Assembly (NCBI GenBank): GCA_002702655.1
Contig: PABB01000072.1
Location: 1-64,000, forward strand
Length of the DNA stretch: 64,000 bases
From: Planctomycetaceae bacterium
GTDB lineage: Bacteria; Planctomycetota; Planctomycetia; Pirellulales; Lacipirellulaceae
Direction: 5' to 3'
This document shows, piece by piece, positions 55,822-64,000 of the stretch; positions within the stretch are counted from its first letter, which is position 1, and each line of letters begins with the position of its first letter. Made by a program: the position numbers and the translations under genes. Below the pieces are notes generated by a model. That model was given only the letters and a program-made list of their open reading frames with translations, was not told the origin of the DNA and made no database searches.

Positions 55822-56901
55822 TCAGGCCGTACTTTTTCGCTGGGCAGTTGCCAGAGGTTGATGCCGCCCCCGCAACGGCGACGACCACGGCCGCCCCGCG
55901 ACGGTCTCTTTCACCAAGCCCCAGCCGAGCCCCAAGTGCGTCGTCGCAATGGCCGCCGCGATCTTCAGCGACGCCAGCAGTCCCTTGTGCTTCGGCGGGG
56001 AGGCAATTCCAGTCGCCAGCAAGATTGCCGCGTAGACGGCGAATCCGGTTGCGTAGACGGCGGCCCACAGGGGACGCCACACCCCCAACGCCGCGACAGC
56101 CGCCAGGAGGGCGAAGTACAAGAAGATTCCCGCAGGCACGAGCGTTTCGATTGAAAAGGCGTCCCGATGCTTGCCGATCAGGCGGATTCGCCCGACGCCG
56201 TACCGCGTCATCTGCCGAAACAGTCCCCGCAACGACGAGCGAGGGAACGAGTAGATCGTGAGTTCCGCCGATGTGTACGCCTGAATGCCCGCCCGCTTCA
56301 ATCGGTGGTGAAACTCCACGTCCTCGGCTGCGTCGAAACTCTCGTCGAAGTAGCCAACCTGCTCGAAAATCGCGCGGTCGTAGGCAAATCCGCTGCTGAC
56401 CGGGTCGACGAAACCCTCGTGGTCGCTGTAGATGTACGATACCTGACTGTGCGCCAGCCAAGTCTTGCGGGCCCTGGCGATCCACTCGGCCATCGTTCCT
56501 TTGCCATCGGACATGAACAACGGCGCCGGCCGGGCGAGGCAAAGCGCTGCATGTTGCGTCTTTAACCTTTGCATCGACGCAAAGAGCTGCCGCGTGGGGA
56601 TCTTTACATGGCCGTCGATGACGGCGATCAATTCGCCACGCGCAGCCCGCACGCCAAGGTTACGCGCACAACTCGACAAGCGACCCGGGTTGTCCAACAA
56701 CCGCACTTGCCGGTCCGAACGCTCGCTGATCACGTGCCGAACGACTTGACTCGTGTTGTCGTCCGAACGCCCGTCGACGACTATCACTTCGTACCGATCC
56801 GGCGAATAGTCTTGATCGAGCAATTCCGTCAGCGTCGCTCGAATATTTCGGCCTTCGTTGCGGACCGGTACGACCACAGTGATGTCGATTGGAGACTCCA
56901 T
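55822..56901 (-). CDS. glycosyltransferase family 2
   Basis: VVVPVRNE...VDGRSDD GT-A motifs. Confidence 0.8.
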   Translation of the reverse strand: MESPIDITVVVPVRNEGRNIRATLTELLDQDYSPDRYEVIVVDGRSDDNTSQVVRHVISERSDRQVRLLDNPGRLSSCARNLGVRAARGELIAVIDGHVKIPTRQLFASMQRLKTQHAALCLARPAPLFMSDGKGTMAEWIARARKTWLAHSQVSYIYSDHEGFVDPVSSGFAYDRAIFEQVGYFDESFDAAEDVEFHHRLKRAGIQAYTSAELTIYSFPRSSLRGLFRQMTRYGVGRIRLIGKHRDAFSIETLVPAGIFLYFALLAAVAALGVWRPLWAAVYATGFAVYAAILLATGIASPPKHKGLLASLKIAAAIATTHLGLGWGLVKETVAGRPWSSPLRGRHQPLATAQRKSTA

Positions 56902-56919
56902 CTCTCACGCTCCTTCAAT

Positions 56920-57792
56920 CTAGCCGGGCGAGGACGTCCGTGCGGGGCGCCCCGCGCCGTCGGCCAGTCGCAAGATTGCGCGTTTCACGCGGTCGTACCG
57001 GGGCATGCCCAAGGCGACCTTGGGAAGTCGCAGCAACTCATAGCGAATCCGATTACGCCAGAGCAGCCGGCGGTCCCGCGCGACGAGCCGATCGATGTCG
57101 TACGCCGTGTGATGCGCCTGCACGTGGTTGCGGCGCAGTTCGACCCAGCGCGCGTCAGCCACGGAAAGGCCCGGGACCATTGTTGCAAACGCAACGTAGC
57201 CGACTTGCCGGGCGTATCGGCTCATCCAAACCTGGTGATGCCCGCCCACCGGGGCGAACGCGCGGACGCGCAGGCCAAGCTGATGTTCGATTTGCAGCTT
57301 GGAGTCGCGCATCTCGCGCATGGCGTCGCGCCGCGGCTTCGTGACGAGATACTCGTGACGGATTCCGTGACTGGCGATTTCCATCCCGGCGTCCGCCATT
57401 TGCCGCAGATGGTCCCAGGTCGCGTAGCCCGGGCGTCCGACATTACTCGTGGTGACGAAGAAGGTCCCGCAGAGCCCCGCTTCCGCGAGCATCGGAGCGA
57501 CCACGTCGAAGTCGCTGAGCAAACCGTCATCGAATGTCAGGACCAACCACGCCCCGGACCGCTGCTCGCTAAACGCTGCCGCACGGCACACCGGAGCAGC
57601 AGCACACGTCTCAACCAAATGCGCGAACAGCTCCGTTGCGACTCGATACCGCGCAGCCCCGGCGTCGTTCAGAGCGGTGGAGGCGTTTCCGACGCCGTGA
57701 AGCGTCACAACCAGCGCGGTAGCAGGTTCGTTAGGCACCGCTGAACCTTGGAACGGCCGCAAGCAAGCGATCATTGGTACGGCGGCTTTCAT
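56920..57792 (-). CDS. polysaccharide deacetylase (NodB homology)
   Basis: TFDDG motif. Start is uncertain and overlaps the end of the upstream GT4 gene. Confidence 0.65.
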   Translation of the reverse strand: MKAAVPMIACLRPFQGSAVPNEPATALVVTLHGVGNASTALNDAGAARYRVATELFAHLVETCAAAPVCRAAAFSEQRSGAWLVLTFDDGLLSDFDVVAPMLAEAGLCGTFFVTTSNVGRPGYATWDHLRQMADAGMEIASHGIRHEYLVTKPRRDAMREMRDSKLQIEHQLGLRVRAFAPVGGHHQVWMSRYARQVGYVAFATMVPGLSVADARWVELRRNHVQAHHTAYDIDRLVARDRRLLWRNRIRYELLRLPKVALGMPRYDRVKRAILRLADGAGRPARTSSPG

Positions 57793-58963
57793 CGTCGAGC
57801 CGTCCGTTCTCCAGCAGACTCGCGTAGAGCTGGCCGTGTCGCTCTGCACATCGGTCCGAGCGATACGCTTGCAGGACGCGCTGTCGCGCAGAAGCGCCCA
57901 GGCGGATCGCCATGCCAGGATCGCCGGTCAGACGGTCGATCGCCTCAGCCAGTGCTGCGGCGTCGCCGGGTCGGGCGAGCAACCCCGTGACCTCGTGCTC
58001 GACGATTTCGACGTTGCCTCCAACGGCGGTGGCGACGACCGCGCGGCCGGCCGCCATCGATTCCAAGAGCGCGTTGGACATCCCCTCGGCGTCCGAACAC
58101 AGGACGCAGATGTGCATCTTGTCCAATACGCTCGGCACGTCGCGAACTGCTCCGAGGAACTCCACGTAACGGTCCACGCCAAGCGACGCGGCAAGCCGCT
58201 GCAAGTCGCCCCGCAGCGGGCCGTCGCCCCCGACGACCAGTCGCAGGTTTCGGTTGCGAAGAACGAGCATCCGGATCGCCGAAAGCAGCAAGTCAATTCG
58301 TTTGATGCGGCGCAAATTTGCGATCGCGCCAACCACTAGCGGCTCCTGATTGCTGGTCGGCCACTGCAGGGGCCGGATGGTCTCGAACGGTTGGCAGGCA
58401 ATGGCGTTGGGAATCACGGCGACTGACTCGGGACGCGTGTGTTCGCCGGCTATGCTCGACTCGCGGCAGGCCTGGCTATTCGCAATCGTGGCTGTCGTCA
58501 TGACGTTGCACAGCCGTCCGAGGACGCGATCTCCTCGAGTCAGGGCGTGCCCCAGGTTGCGCCGCGTGCGGACGACCACAGGCACGCCGCTGAGCCTCGC
58601 AACCGGCACGGCAAAGTACGTGCTGTCGGAGAAGAATGTCTGGACGACGTCGATTTGTTCCCGATGCAGGAATCGCGCGAAACGGACCGCGGCGGAGAGC
58701 GAGGACACGGATCTCAGCGATTGAAGTCCAAGTCGAATCACCGGACAGTCCTGCGGTTCCAGTCGCTGCCGCCCTCCGCCGGCGCCGTCGAGCAAGCAGA
58801 GATACGGCCGGACGACGCGACGATCGAGCGCCCCAAGCAACAATAGCAACTGACCTTCGGTGCCGCCTATGATGTGTCCTTGTTCGTCAGGGCTGAGGTT
58901 GTCAATGACGTAGCACACCCGCAAGGGGCGGTGTCCTGCGGAGCGTCGGTGAAACACACTCAT
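57731..58963 (-). CDS. glycosyltransferase family 4
   Basis: EGMSNALLESMAAGRAVVAT GT-B motif. Start at the internal ATG 58961-58963. Confidence 0.75.
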   Translation of the reverse strand: MSVFHRRSAGHRPLRVCYVIDNLSPDEQGHIIGGTEGQLLLLLGALDRRVVRPYLCLLDGAGGGRQRLEPQDCPVIRLGLQSLRSVSSLSAAVRFARFLHREQIDVVQTFFSDSTYFAVPVARLSGVPVVVRTRRNLGHALTRGDRVLGRLCNVMTTATIANSQACRESSIAGEHTRPESVAVIPNAIACQPFETIRPLQWPTSNQEPLVVGAIANLRRIKRIDLLLSAIRMLVLRNRNLRLVVGGDGPLRGDLQRLAASLGVDRYVEFLGAVRDVPSVLDKMHICVLCSDAEGMSNALLESMAAGRAVVATAVGGNVEIVEHEVTGLLARPGDAAALAEAIDRLTGDPGMAIRLGASARQRVLQAYRSDRCAERHGQLYASLLENGRLDDESRRTNDRLLAAVPRFSGA

Positions 58964-58967
58964 TACG

Positions 58968-60146
58968 TCAACTGCGATTCGGTTTCCACGGAGAACTCGC
59001 GAGGCCGGCGTTTTGTGGCGTCGCGGTGGTCCCGCACTCCGATAGCAGTTCGGCAGCCAGTTGCTCGTATTGCCTTGCTTGATGTTCGAAGCTGAACGTC
59101 TGCTGGACGTACTCGCTGGCGGCACGTCCCATCGCGGTTCGCCGTGCCGGGGCGTCGACGAGCTGCACGATGCGCTCTGCGAGAGCCGTGGCGTCGTCAG
59201 GAGGGACGACGTAGCCTGTGACGCCGTCACGAACGACCTCGGCGTTGCCGCCAACGTCCGTTGCCACGATCGGCACTCGAGCCACGCTGGCTTCGAGCGC
59301 GACGTTGGACAGCCCCTCGGTACGCGACGGAATGACACAAAGGTCAAGGTGCGGCATTAGGCAATCCAAATCCGCGGTGAACCCCGCCAACACAAATCGA
59401 CTGGCGAGTCCTCGCACGCGCGCCCGTGCCACCAACTGGCGACGGCAAGCTCCCTCGCCAAACAGGATAAATCCGACTTGGTCGCGGCGCCGCACCACCT
59501 GGGCCGCCGCGTCAATCAGGACGTCGAAGCCCTTTTCCGGGCTGAGTCGCCCAGCCGCCCCCGCCACGATGGCCGGCCGATCTGGGAACAACGACCGCAG
59601 GCGGCAGGCGTACTCGGACGCCGCGTTCAGAAACCGCTCCGGACGAATCGCGTTGTGGATCATGCGGACCCGGTCGCCCGCCACGCCAGCCGCCAAGACG
59701 CGGCGAGCCTGGGCATGCGCGACGCACACCACGCGATCCATGCGTCGCAGCACCCAGCGGTCAAGCCGCTCGTACTGCGCGACCCGCCAGCTTTCTGCGG
59801 TCCAGCCGCGCGACACCGAAGCGATTGGCACGCGATGCCGACGCGCCGCCAGCAGGCCCAGCAGATTGGCTTTGTAGCCATGCGTCACGACAAGATCCGG
59901 GGACCAGTCGCCAACGAGTGCGCAGAGGTCGCGCAGGGCGCCAGCCAATCGCGGCGTGTCGCGCCGAAGTTCCGCCGTCTGGAAGCCGTCGGCCTGCACA
60001 CGGTCGAGGAATTCGCGGCAGCGACCGCCTTCTGAGAACGACACGAATCGCGAATCGCACCTCCCGGCCAGTGTTCGGGCCAGTTCGAGCATCTGCCGTT
60101 CCGGCCCGCCGAAAAACCGCGAGGACGTGACATGCACCAGGCGCAT
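58968..60146 (-). CDS. glycosyltransferase family 4
   Basis: GT4 fold. AAGGAGG SD before the ATG at 60144-60146. Confidence 0.8.
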   Translation of the reverse strand: MRLVHVTSSRFFGGPERQMLELARTLAGRCDSRFVSFSEGGRCREFLDRVQADGFQTAELRRDTPRLAGALRDLCALVGDWSPDLVVTHGYKANLLGLLAARRHRVPIASVSRGWTAESWRVAQYERLDRWVLRRMDRVVCVAHAQARRVLAAGVAGDRVRMIHNAIRPERFLNAASEYACRLRSLFPDRPAIVAGAAGRLSPEKGFDVLIDAAAQVVRRRDQVGFILFGEGACRRQLVARARVRGLASRFVLAGFTADLDCLMPHLDLCVIPSRTEGLSNVALEASVARVPIVATDVGGNAEVVRDGVTGYVVPPDDATALAERIVQLVDAPARRTAMGRAASEYVQQTFSFEHQARQYEQLAAELLSECGTTATPQNAGLASSPWKPNRS

Positions 60147-60273
60147 TAGGGGGCAGCCTCCTTCGTGCCAGCATGCCATGAGCACTGACAAGTAGCGGCG
60201 CCAACGCCATCGCCACGCTGAGGATCCCGCTGAGTTCGCCTGACCGGTCTATTCACAATGTGCGATGCCGATG

Positions 60274-61518
60274 TCACGGCCGATTCCCAGAGAGTCGTCT
60301 TGCAGTCGCCCATTCGTCCTCGGCGCGGGGCGTACGCCGCCATGTCACTGGCCGTTGTATAACGCCGCGCAGCGCAATAGCCGAATACCGCATGATGTTC
60401 CACGGGAGTTCCAACAGAAGCCGGCATCGCCGCCAAGTGAGACCAAATGCAATGACCGCGGCCAGGCCGTATGCCAGATAGAGTCCAGCCGCCGCGACGA
60501 CGCCGCCGATCAGCAGAGTCGACAATGGTCCTGGCGCAACAAAGCGACACAGCGCCGCGGCCGCCGCGGCGAGGATCAGTTCGGCGCACAGCAACGGTCG
60601 ACTCAACAACAACAAGGTCCACCCGGCATCAAACACTTGCAGCCGCCGCAGGCGGACGCCGTCTCGCAGCAACGGCCACGCCTCCCGTTTGACGACCTGA
60701 ACGGCGCCGAAGACCCAGCGCGCGCGCTGGACCGACAACGCTGCGACAGCCACCGGACACGACGTGGTGACCGTTGCGCGGCACGTGAAAGTGATCGGAA
60801 CGCCGGCGCGGAGCAAACGGCAGGAGTACTCCGTGTCCTCCGTCAACGAAGTCGCATGCCAAGGATGGGCAGTGAGAACCGCACGGTCGAACACCATTCC
60901 CGTGCCTTGCAGCAGGACTGCCAACCCGAGCGACGACTTTGCTAGGTAGAAGAATCGGTCCTCGACAAACAACGCGAGCCCCTGCAGATACGTCATTCCG
61001 GTATCATCCGGATTGGCGACGCGGTAGGCCGCTTGAATGACCTGACGTCCCTGCCGCAGTTCGCCGTCGAATACTCGTAGCGACTGACGGTTCAACTGGC
61101 AGTCCGCGTCCAGGACGACAACCGCCGCGTGATCGCGCTCGAGCACCTGCGGCAACGCCCACTGCAGCGCGAATCCTTTGCCAAACTCTCGATCAGTGCG
61201 ACGCACGAGGAGCCGAGCTCCTCCGGCTGCGGCTATGCGCGCCGTGTCGTCATCGCAGTTGTCGGCGATGACATACACGGCGTACAGCTCATCCGGGTAG
61301 TCAATCCGCGCGCACGATTGCAGTGCACTTTGGAGGACGCCGCTCTCGTTGTGCGCCGGGATAACGATCGCGAAATCAGTATACGGCTCACCGGGCGTCG
61401 GCGACGCCGTGTTCGGTAGTATGTGCGCCGCGACAGCCGCCGCCACCTGATACAGACACGCTGCCAGCGCCAGCAGGACGAGGGGGCAGGCGACGGCGTA
61501 GAGCACAAATGCAATCAT
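60274..61518 (-). CDS. membrane glycosyltransferase family 2 (processive GT2-like)
   Basis: GT-A core with flanking TM helices. Confidence 0.7.
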   Translation of the reverse strand: MIAFVLYAVACPLVLLALAACLYQVAAAVAAHILPNTASPTPGEPYTDFAIVIPAHNESGVLQSALQSCARIDYPDELYAVYVIADNCDDDTARIAAAGGARLLVRRTDREFGKGFALQWALPQVLERDHAAVVVLDADCQLNRQSLRVFDGELRQGRQVIQAAYRVANPDDTGMTYLQGLALFVEDRFFYLAKSSLGLAVLLQGTGMVFDRAVLTAHPWHATSLTEDTEYSCRLLRAGVPITFTCRATVTTSCPVAVAALSVQRARWVFGAVQVVKREAWPLLRDGVRLRRLQVFDAGWTLLLLSRPLLCAELILAAAAAALCRFVAPGPLSTLLIGGVVAAAGLYLAYGLAAVIAFGLTWRRCRLLLELPWNIMRYSAIALRGVIQRPVTWRRTPRAEDEWATARRLSGNRP

Positions 61519-62447
61519 TTCCAGAGGCCGATAGCTTGAGAGCGTTGATTCAACGCCGGTCCCCGCAGCATCGGCAAACGTCCGCCGGGAAGCCCCGCCG
61601 CATGGTGCGCCACCGAATCGCTAAGCCGCCCGAAACGGAACTCGCTAAGGAGGCAAGCGAAGCGCCGGTAGGTGGCCGTCAAGTTGAAGTAATGCCGCCA
61701 TCGGCTCAGGCGCGTCCCTGTGGTCAGTCGAGGTTGGCGGGGGTCCAGTTCCCAGGGATGGATGTAGAACACAAACGGACGCCCCGCACGGCGGTTTACG
61801 CTCGCCAGCGCCTGCCGCGTTATCTCGTACGGCAGGAAACGAAAGTAGCCGCCGCCGGAAACCGGCACGTTCAACTTCCCCAGCCGCAAGGCGGTCGCGG
61901 GAAACTCCGTCACCGTGCCGCCGGGCGTTTCAATGGCAAATGGCGCCCGCGGGGCGTGCGGAATTCCATAACGATCGTGACGAATCGGAAACACGCTGGA
62001 GTCAAGCGTGAAGCCTTCGTCAGCAAGAATATCGTACGCCCACAATGACTGCAGCGTGATCGAAAACGAAGGAGCACGGAAAGCGGACACCCGCTTGCCC
62101 AAGAGATCTTCCAGTACTCGCCGCGATTGACGTAGGTCTGCTCGGAATTCGTCGGGAGTCAAGCGATACGCCAACCGATGCCAGTAACTGTGGGAACCCG
62201 CCTCGTGCCCCGCGGCGTCAATCGCCCGCACCAACTCCGGGAATCGTTCAGCGACCCAGCCGAGAATGAAGAACGTGGCGTGTACGTCGCACTCCGCCAG
62301 GAGTTCAAGAACGCGTTCCGTGTTGCCGACAACGCGACTCTCGAACCGTTCCCAATGGTCACGAGGAATGTCGCGCTCGAATCCGGTGACCTGAAAATAG
62401 TCTTCCACGTCCACTGTCAATGCGTTGATGACTTCGGCGTCAGGCAT
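61515..62447 (-). CDS. DUF3473 polysaccharide deacetylase (exosortase/PEP-CTERM locus type)
   Basis: NALTVDVEDYF N-terminus and HSYWH motif. Confidence 0.75.
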   Translation of the reverse strand: MPDAEVINALTVDVEDYFQVTGFERDIPRDHWERFESRVVGNTERVLELLAECDVHATFFILGWVAERFPELVRAIDAAGHEAGSHSYWHRLAYRLTPDEFRADLRQSRRVLEDLLGKRVSAFRAPSFSITLQSLWAYDILADEGFTLDSSVFPIRHDRYGIPHAPRAPFAIETPGGTVTEFPATALRLGKLNVPVSGGGYFRFLPYEITRQALASVNRRAGRPFVFYIHPWELDPRQPRLTTGTRLSRWRHYFNLTATYRRFACLLSEFRFGRLSDSVAHHAAGLPGGRLPMLRGPALNQRSQAIGLWK

Positions 62448-62530
62448 CCGAATCAGGTTGATTCCGCGACGGCGTCATTTGTCCGAACAGTCGTTCGATG
62501 TTCTGACACTCGCAATCGGGCGGGAGACAA

Positions 62531-63433
62531 TCATCGAAAAGGGTTTGTTGGCACGACTCGGGTGCGTGAGCTCGCTTTGTGCCTGACGCCGATGGCGGCG
62601 TGCTTGGCGGGCGTATGCGGAGCGATTCGTGTGCGCCGACAATTCGCGACGGGGCAGCCATGTACGCGGCCGCGGCCGTTCCTTTCAGCCATTGCATATT
62701 CATCGTTGAATCCCGATGGGCGCTGCAGCCGCACGACTCGTGCCGCCGTCTCGCGCGGGCATCCCAGGCACTGCAGTAACGTGCCAAGCAGAATTCGACA
62801 GTCGATGCCCAAACTCGCGGTCGCAATGTACTCCAGATCGAGCGCGACCTTGTCGCGCACGCTTTCAGCGCCGTCGTTCGCCGGGAGGTTCAGCTGGGCG
62901 AGCCCCGTGATGCCCGGCAACACGCGCGTGCGCGCCGAAAACCCAGGCACAATCTCTGTCAGGTGATGACGGGCGACAATCTCCCGGCGTTCCGGACGCG
63001 GACCAACTAGGCACATTTCGCCGCGCACGACATTCAGCAGTTGAGGAAGTTCGTCAAGGTGCAGGTTGCGCAAGTAGCGCCCCAACGGCGTAATTCGTGG
63101 ATCGTCGCGGCAGCAAAACGTCGGGCCCGTGATCCGCTCGGCATCCGCATGCATGGTGCGGATCTTCAGCACGAAGAACTCTCTGCCGTTCTTGCCCAGT
63201 CGCCGTTGCCGGTAGAGCGCGGGCCCGCGCGAACTCATGCGCACCGCCAGCATCAGCAACAGCATCACGGGCGACGAAACCGTCAGCAGAAGGAGACCGA
63301 CGGCCCGCATCAGGGGGCGTTTGCGCGAGAAGTAGCGCGAGGCCCGTTGAGAGCCCATTGGATTGCCGTTGCCGTCAAAACGCGAACCTCGGTGACGTTC
63401 GCAACCGTTCCCGTTGTGAAGCGAGTTCATCAT
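62531..63433 (-). CDS. sugar transferase (polyprenyl-phosphate glycosyl-1-phosphate transferase)
   Basis: Bact_transf signature DELPQL...GEMSLVGPRP-like (DELPQLLNVVRGEMCLVGPRP). Start uncertain. Confidence 0.75.
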   Translation of the reverse strand: MMNSLHNGNGCERHRGSRFDGNGNPMGSQRASRYFSRKRPLMRAVGLLLLTVSSPVMLLLMLAVRMSSRGPALYRQRRLGKNGREFFVLKIRTMHADAERITGPTFCCRDDPRITPLGRYLRNLHLDELPQLLNVVRGEMCLVGPRPERREIVARHHLTEIVPGFSARTRVLPGITGLAQLNLPANDGAESVRDKVALDLEYIATASLGIDCRILLGTLLQCLGCPRETAARVVRLQRPSGFNDEYAMAERNGRGRVHGCPVANCRRTRIAPHTPAKHAAIGVRHKASSRTRVVPTNPFR

Positions 63434-63472
63434 CCGACCGTTACACCCGATCGTCGCCAGCCGCAACGAACG

Positions 63473-64000
63473 TCAGCCGTGACGTGTCGCTGCGGCTGTT
63501 CGATCTCTCGTGTCCTTGGCCGACTTCGTGTCGGTGTGCATATCGCGCGGTAGTTGCGCCGCTTCCCGCGTTTGCCCACCCGAATGCGAACGCGAGGCCC
63601 CGGCGCGGGGCGCTGCAGACCACGACAGTGCGGTCAACGCTTCAAGAAAGTCGCGACCAGCGTCGCGGGCGCCGCTCTCTGGTAATTGGCAGGCGAGTTG
63701 AATCTTCAGCAGCCATGGCGCGCCGGCAAAGCCCAGTCGCGGCGACTCCGACGCCGTCCACAGTTCGCCGCGGCTCCACGCGTAGTAAACTCTTAGCCCG
63801 CTGTCGCGGTTGTCGTGCTCGATGAAGTCGACGACCCAGAACGTATGTGACGGATCCGGCAGGTGCGGCAGACGAATGACACGTCGCTCATCACGCAATT
63901 CGTAGGCGCGACTGGAGAAACAGATCTCCGGCGTATGCACCGCAATGGGACCGGCCGGACCCACGAGAATCGCCATACTAATGACTTGTCCCGAAACCCG
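63473..64000 (-). CDS. EpsI-like exosortase-associated protein, 5-prime partial at window edge
   Basis: HTPEICF motif. The reading frame stays open to the window end. Confidence 0.4.
   Translation of the reverse strand, partial: RVSGQVISMAILVGPAGPIAVHTPEICFSSRAYELRDERRVIRLPHLPDPSHTFWVVDFIEHDNRDSGLRVYYAWSRGELWTASESPRLGFAGAPWLLKIQLACQLPESGARDAGRDFLEALTALSWSAAPRAGASRSHSGGQTREAAQLPRDMHTDTKSAKDTRDRTAAATRHG

Noticed and set aside
1-64000. CRISPR arrays
   Set aside because: No regularly spaced direct repeats of 24-48 bp were seen. The only regular repeats are the tRNA units and short tandems.

Overview
High-GC window, probably a planctomycete-like chromosome; the taxonomy is inferred from composition and gene content only. 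From left to right the window contains the following regions. (1) 1-5.3 kb: a pRiA4b-ORF3-like protein, a secreted SOUL heme-binding protein and a CPA1 Na+/H+ antiporter. (2) 5.4-11.35 kb: a dense tRNA gene array in about 5.9 kb. About 30 members can be folded by eye into cloverleaves, and there are about 10 degenerate or insertion-bearing tRNA-like elements. The array also holds several families of short structured repeats and three embedded low-GC cargo ORFs (a DUF4291-like protein, a small ORF and a membrane protein). A 9-bp direct repeat GCCACAAGG sits at both ends, and the array ends in a tRNA-Asn with a canonical body but a non-pairing acceptor stem. (3) 11.8-18.7 kb: an SPFH/band-7 protein with a clean terminator, a divergent EF-Tu paralogue outside any ribosomal operon, a GDSL hydrolase, a probable hypothetical gene on the minus strand, and a small ORF translationally coupled to an RtcB RNA ligase. 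(4) 18.8-30.5 kb: a defence-like island. It has McrBC with an EVE/PUA-like reader domain on McrB, an HTH/coiled-coil hypothetical, and a two-gene operon of a soluble M48-like HExxH metallopeptidase plus an 1837-aa DUF4011/Upf1-like SF1 helicase with a DUF559-like nuclease domain and a C-terminal WGR domain. (5) 30.6-37.1 kb: an STM4011-STM4015-like cluster (ATP-grasp, LRR-like, DUF229 sulfatase-like and two radical SAM proteins) split into divergent halves around two small and LRR ORFs. (6) 37.1-39.5 kb: an IS481-family insertion, an IS3 OrfB fragment and a frameshifted ArdC-like pseudogene. (7) 39.5-64 kb: a large exosortase/PEP-CTERM-type exopolysaccharide locus on the minus strand, with Wza, NadE, AsnB, an AMP-ligase plus ACP, an acetyltransferase, a kinase-like protein, DUF362, a PaaK-like ligase, Wzy/WaaL-like, Wzx, GT2 and GT4 glycosyltransferases, deacetylases including DUF3473, a sugar transferase and a partial EpsI-like gene. 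All RNA folds and domain calls were made by eye and need computational confirmation.
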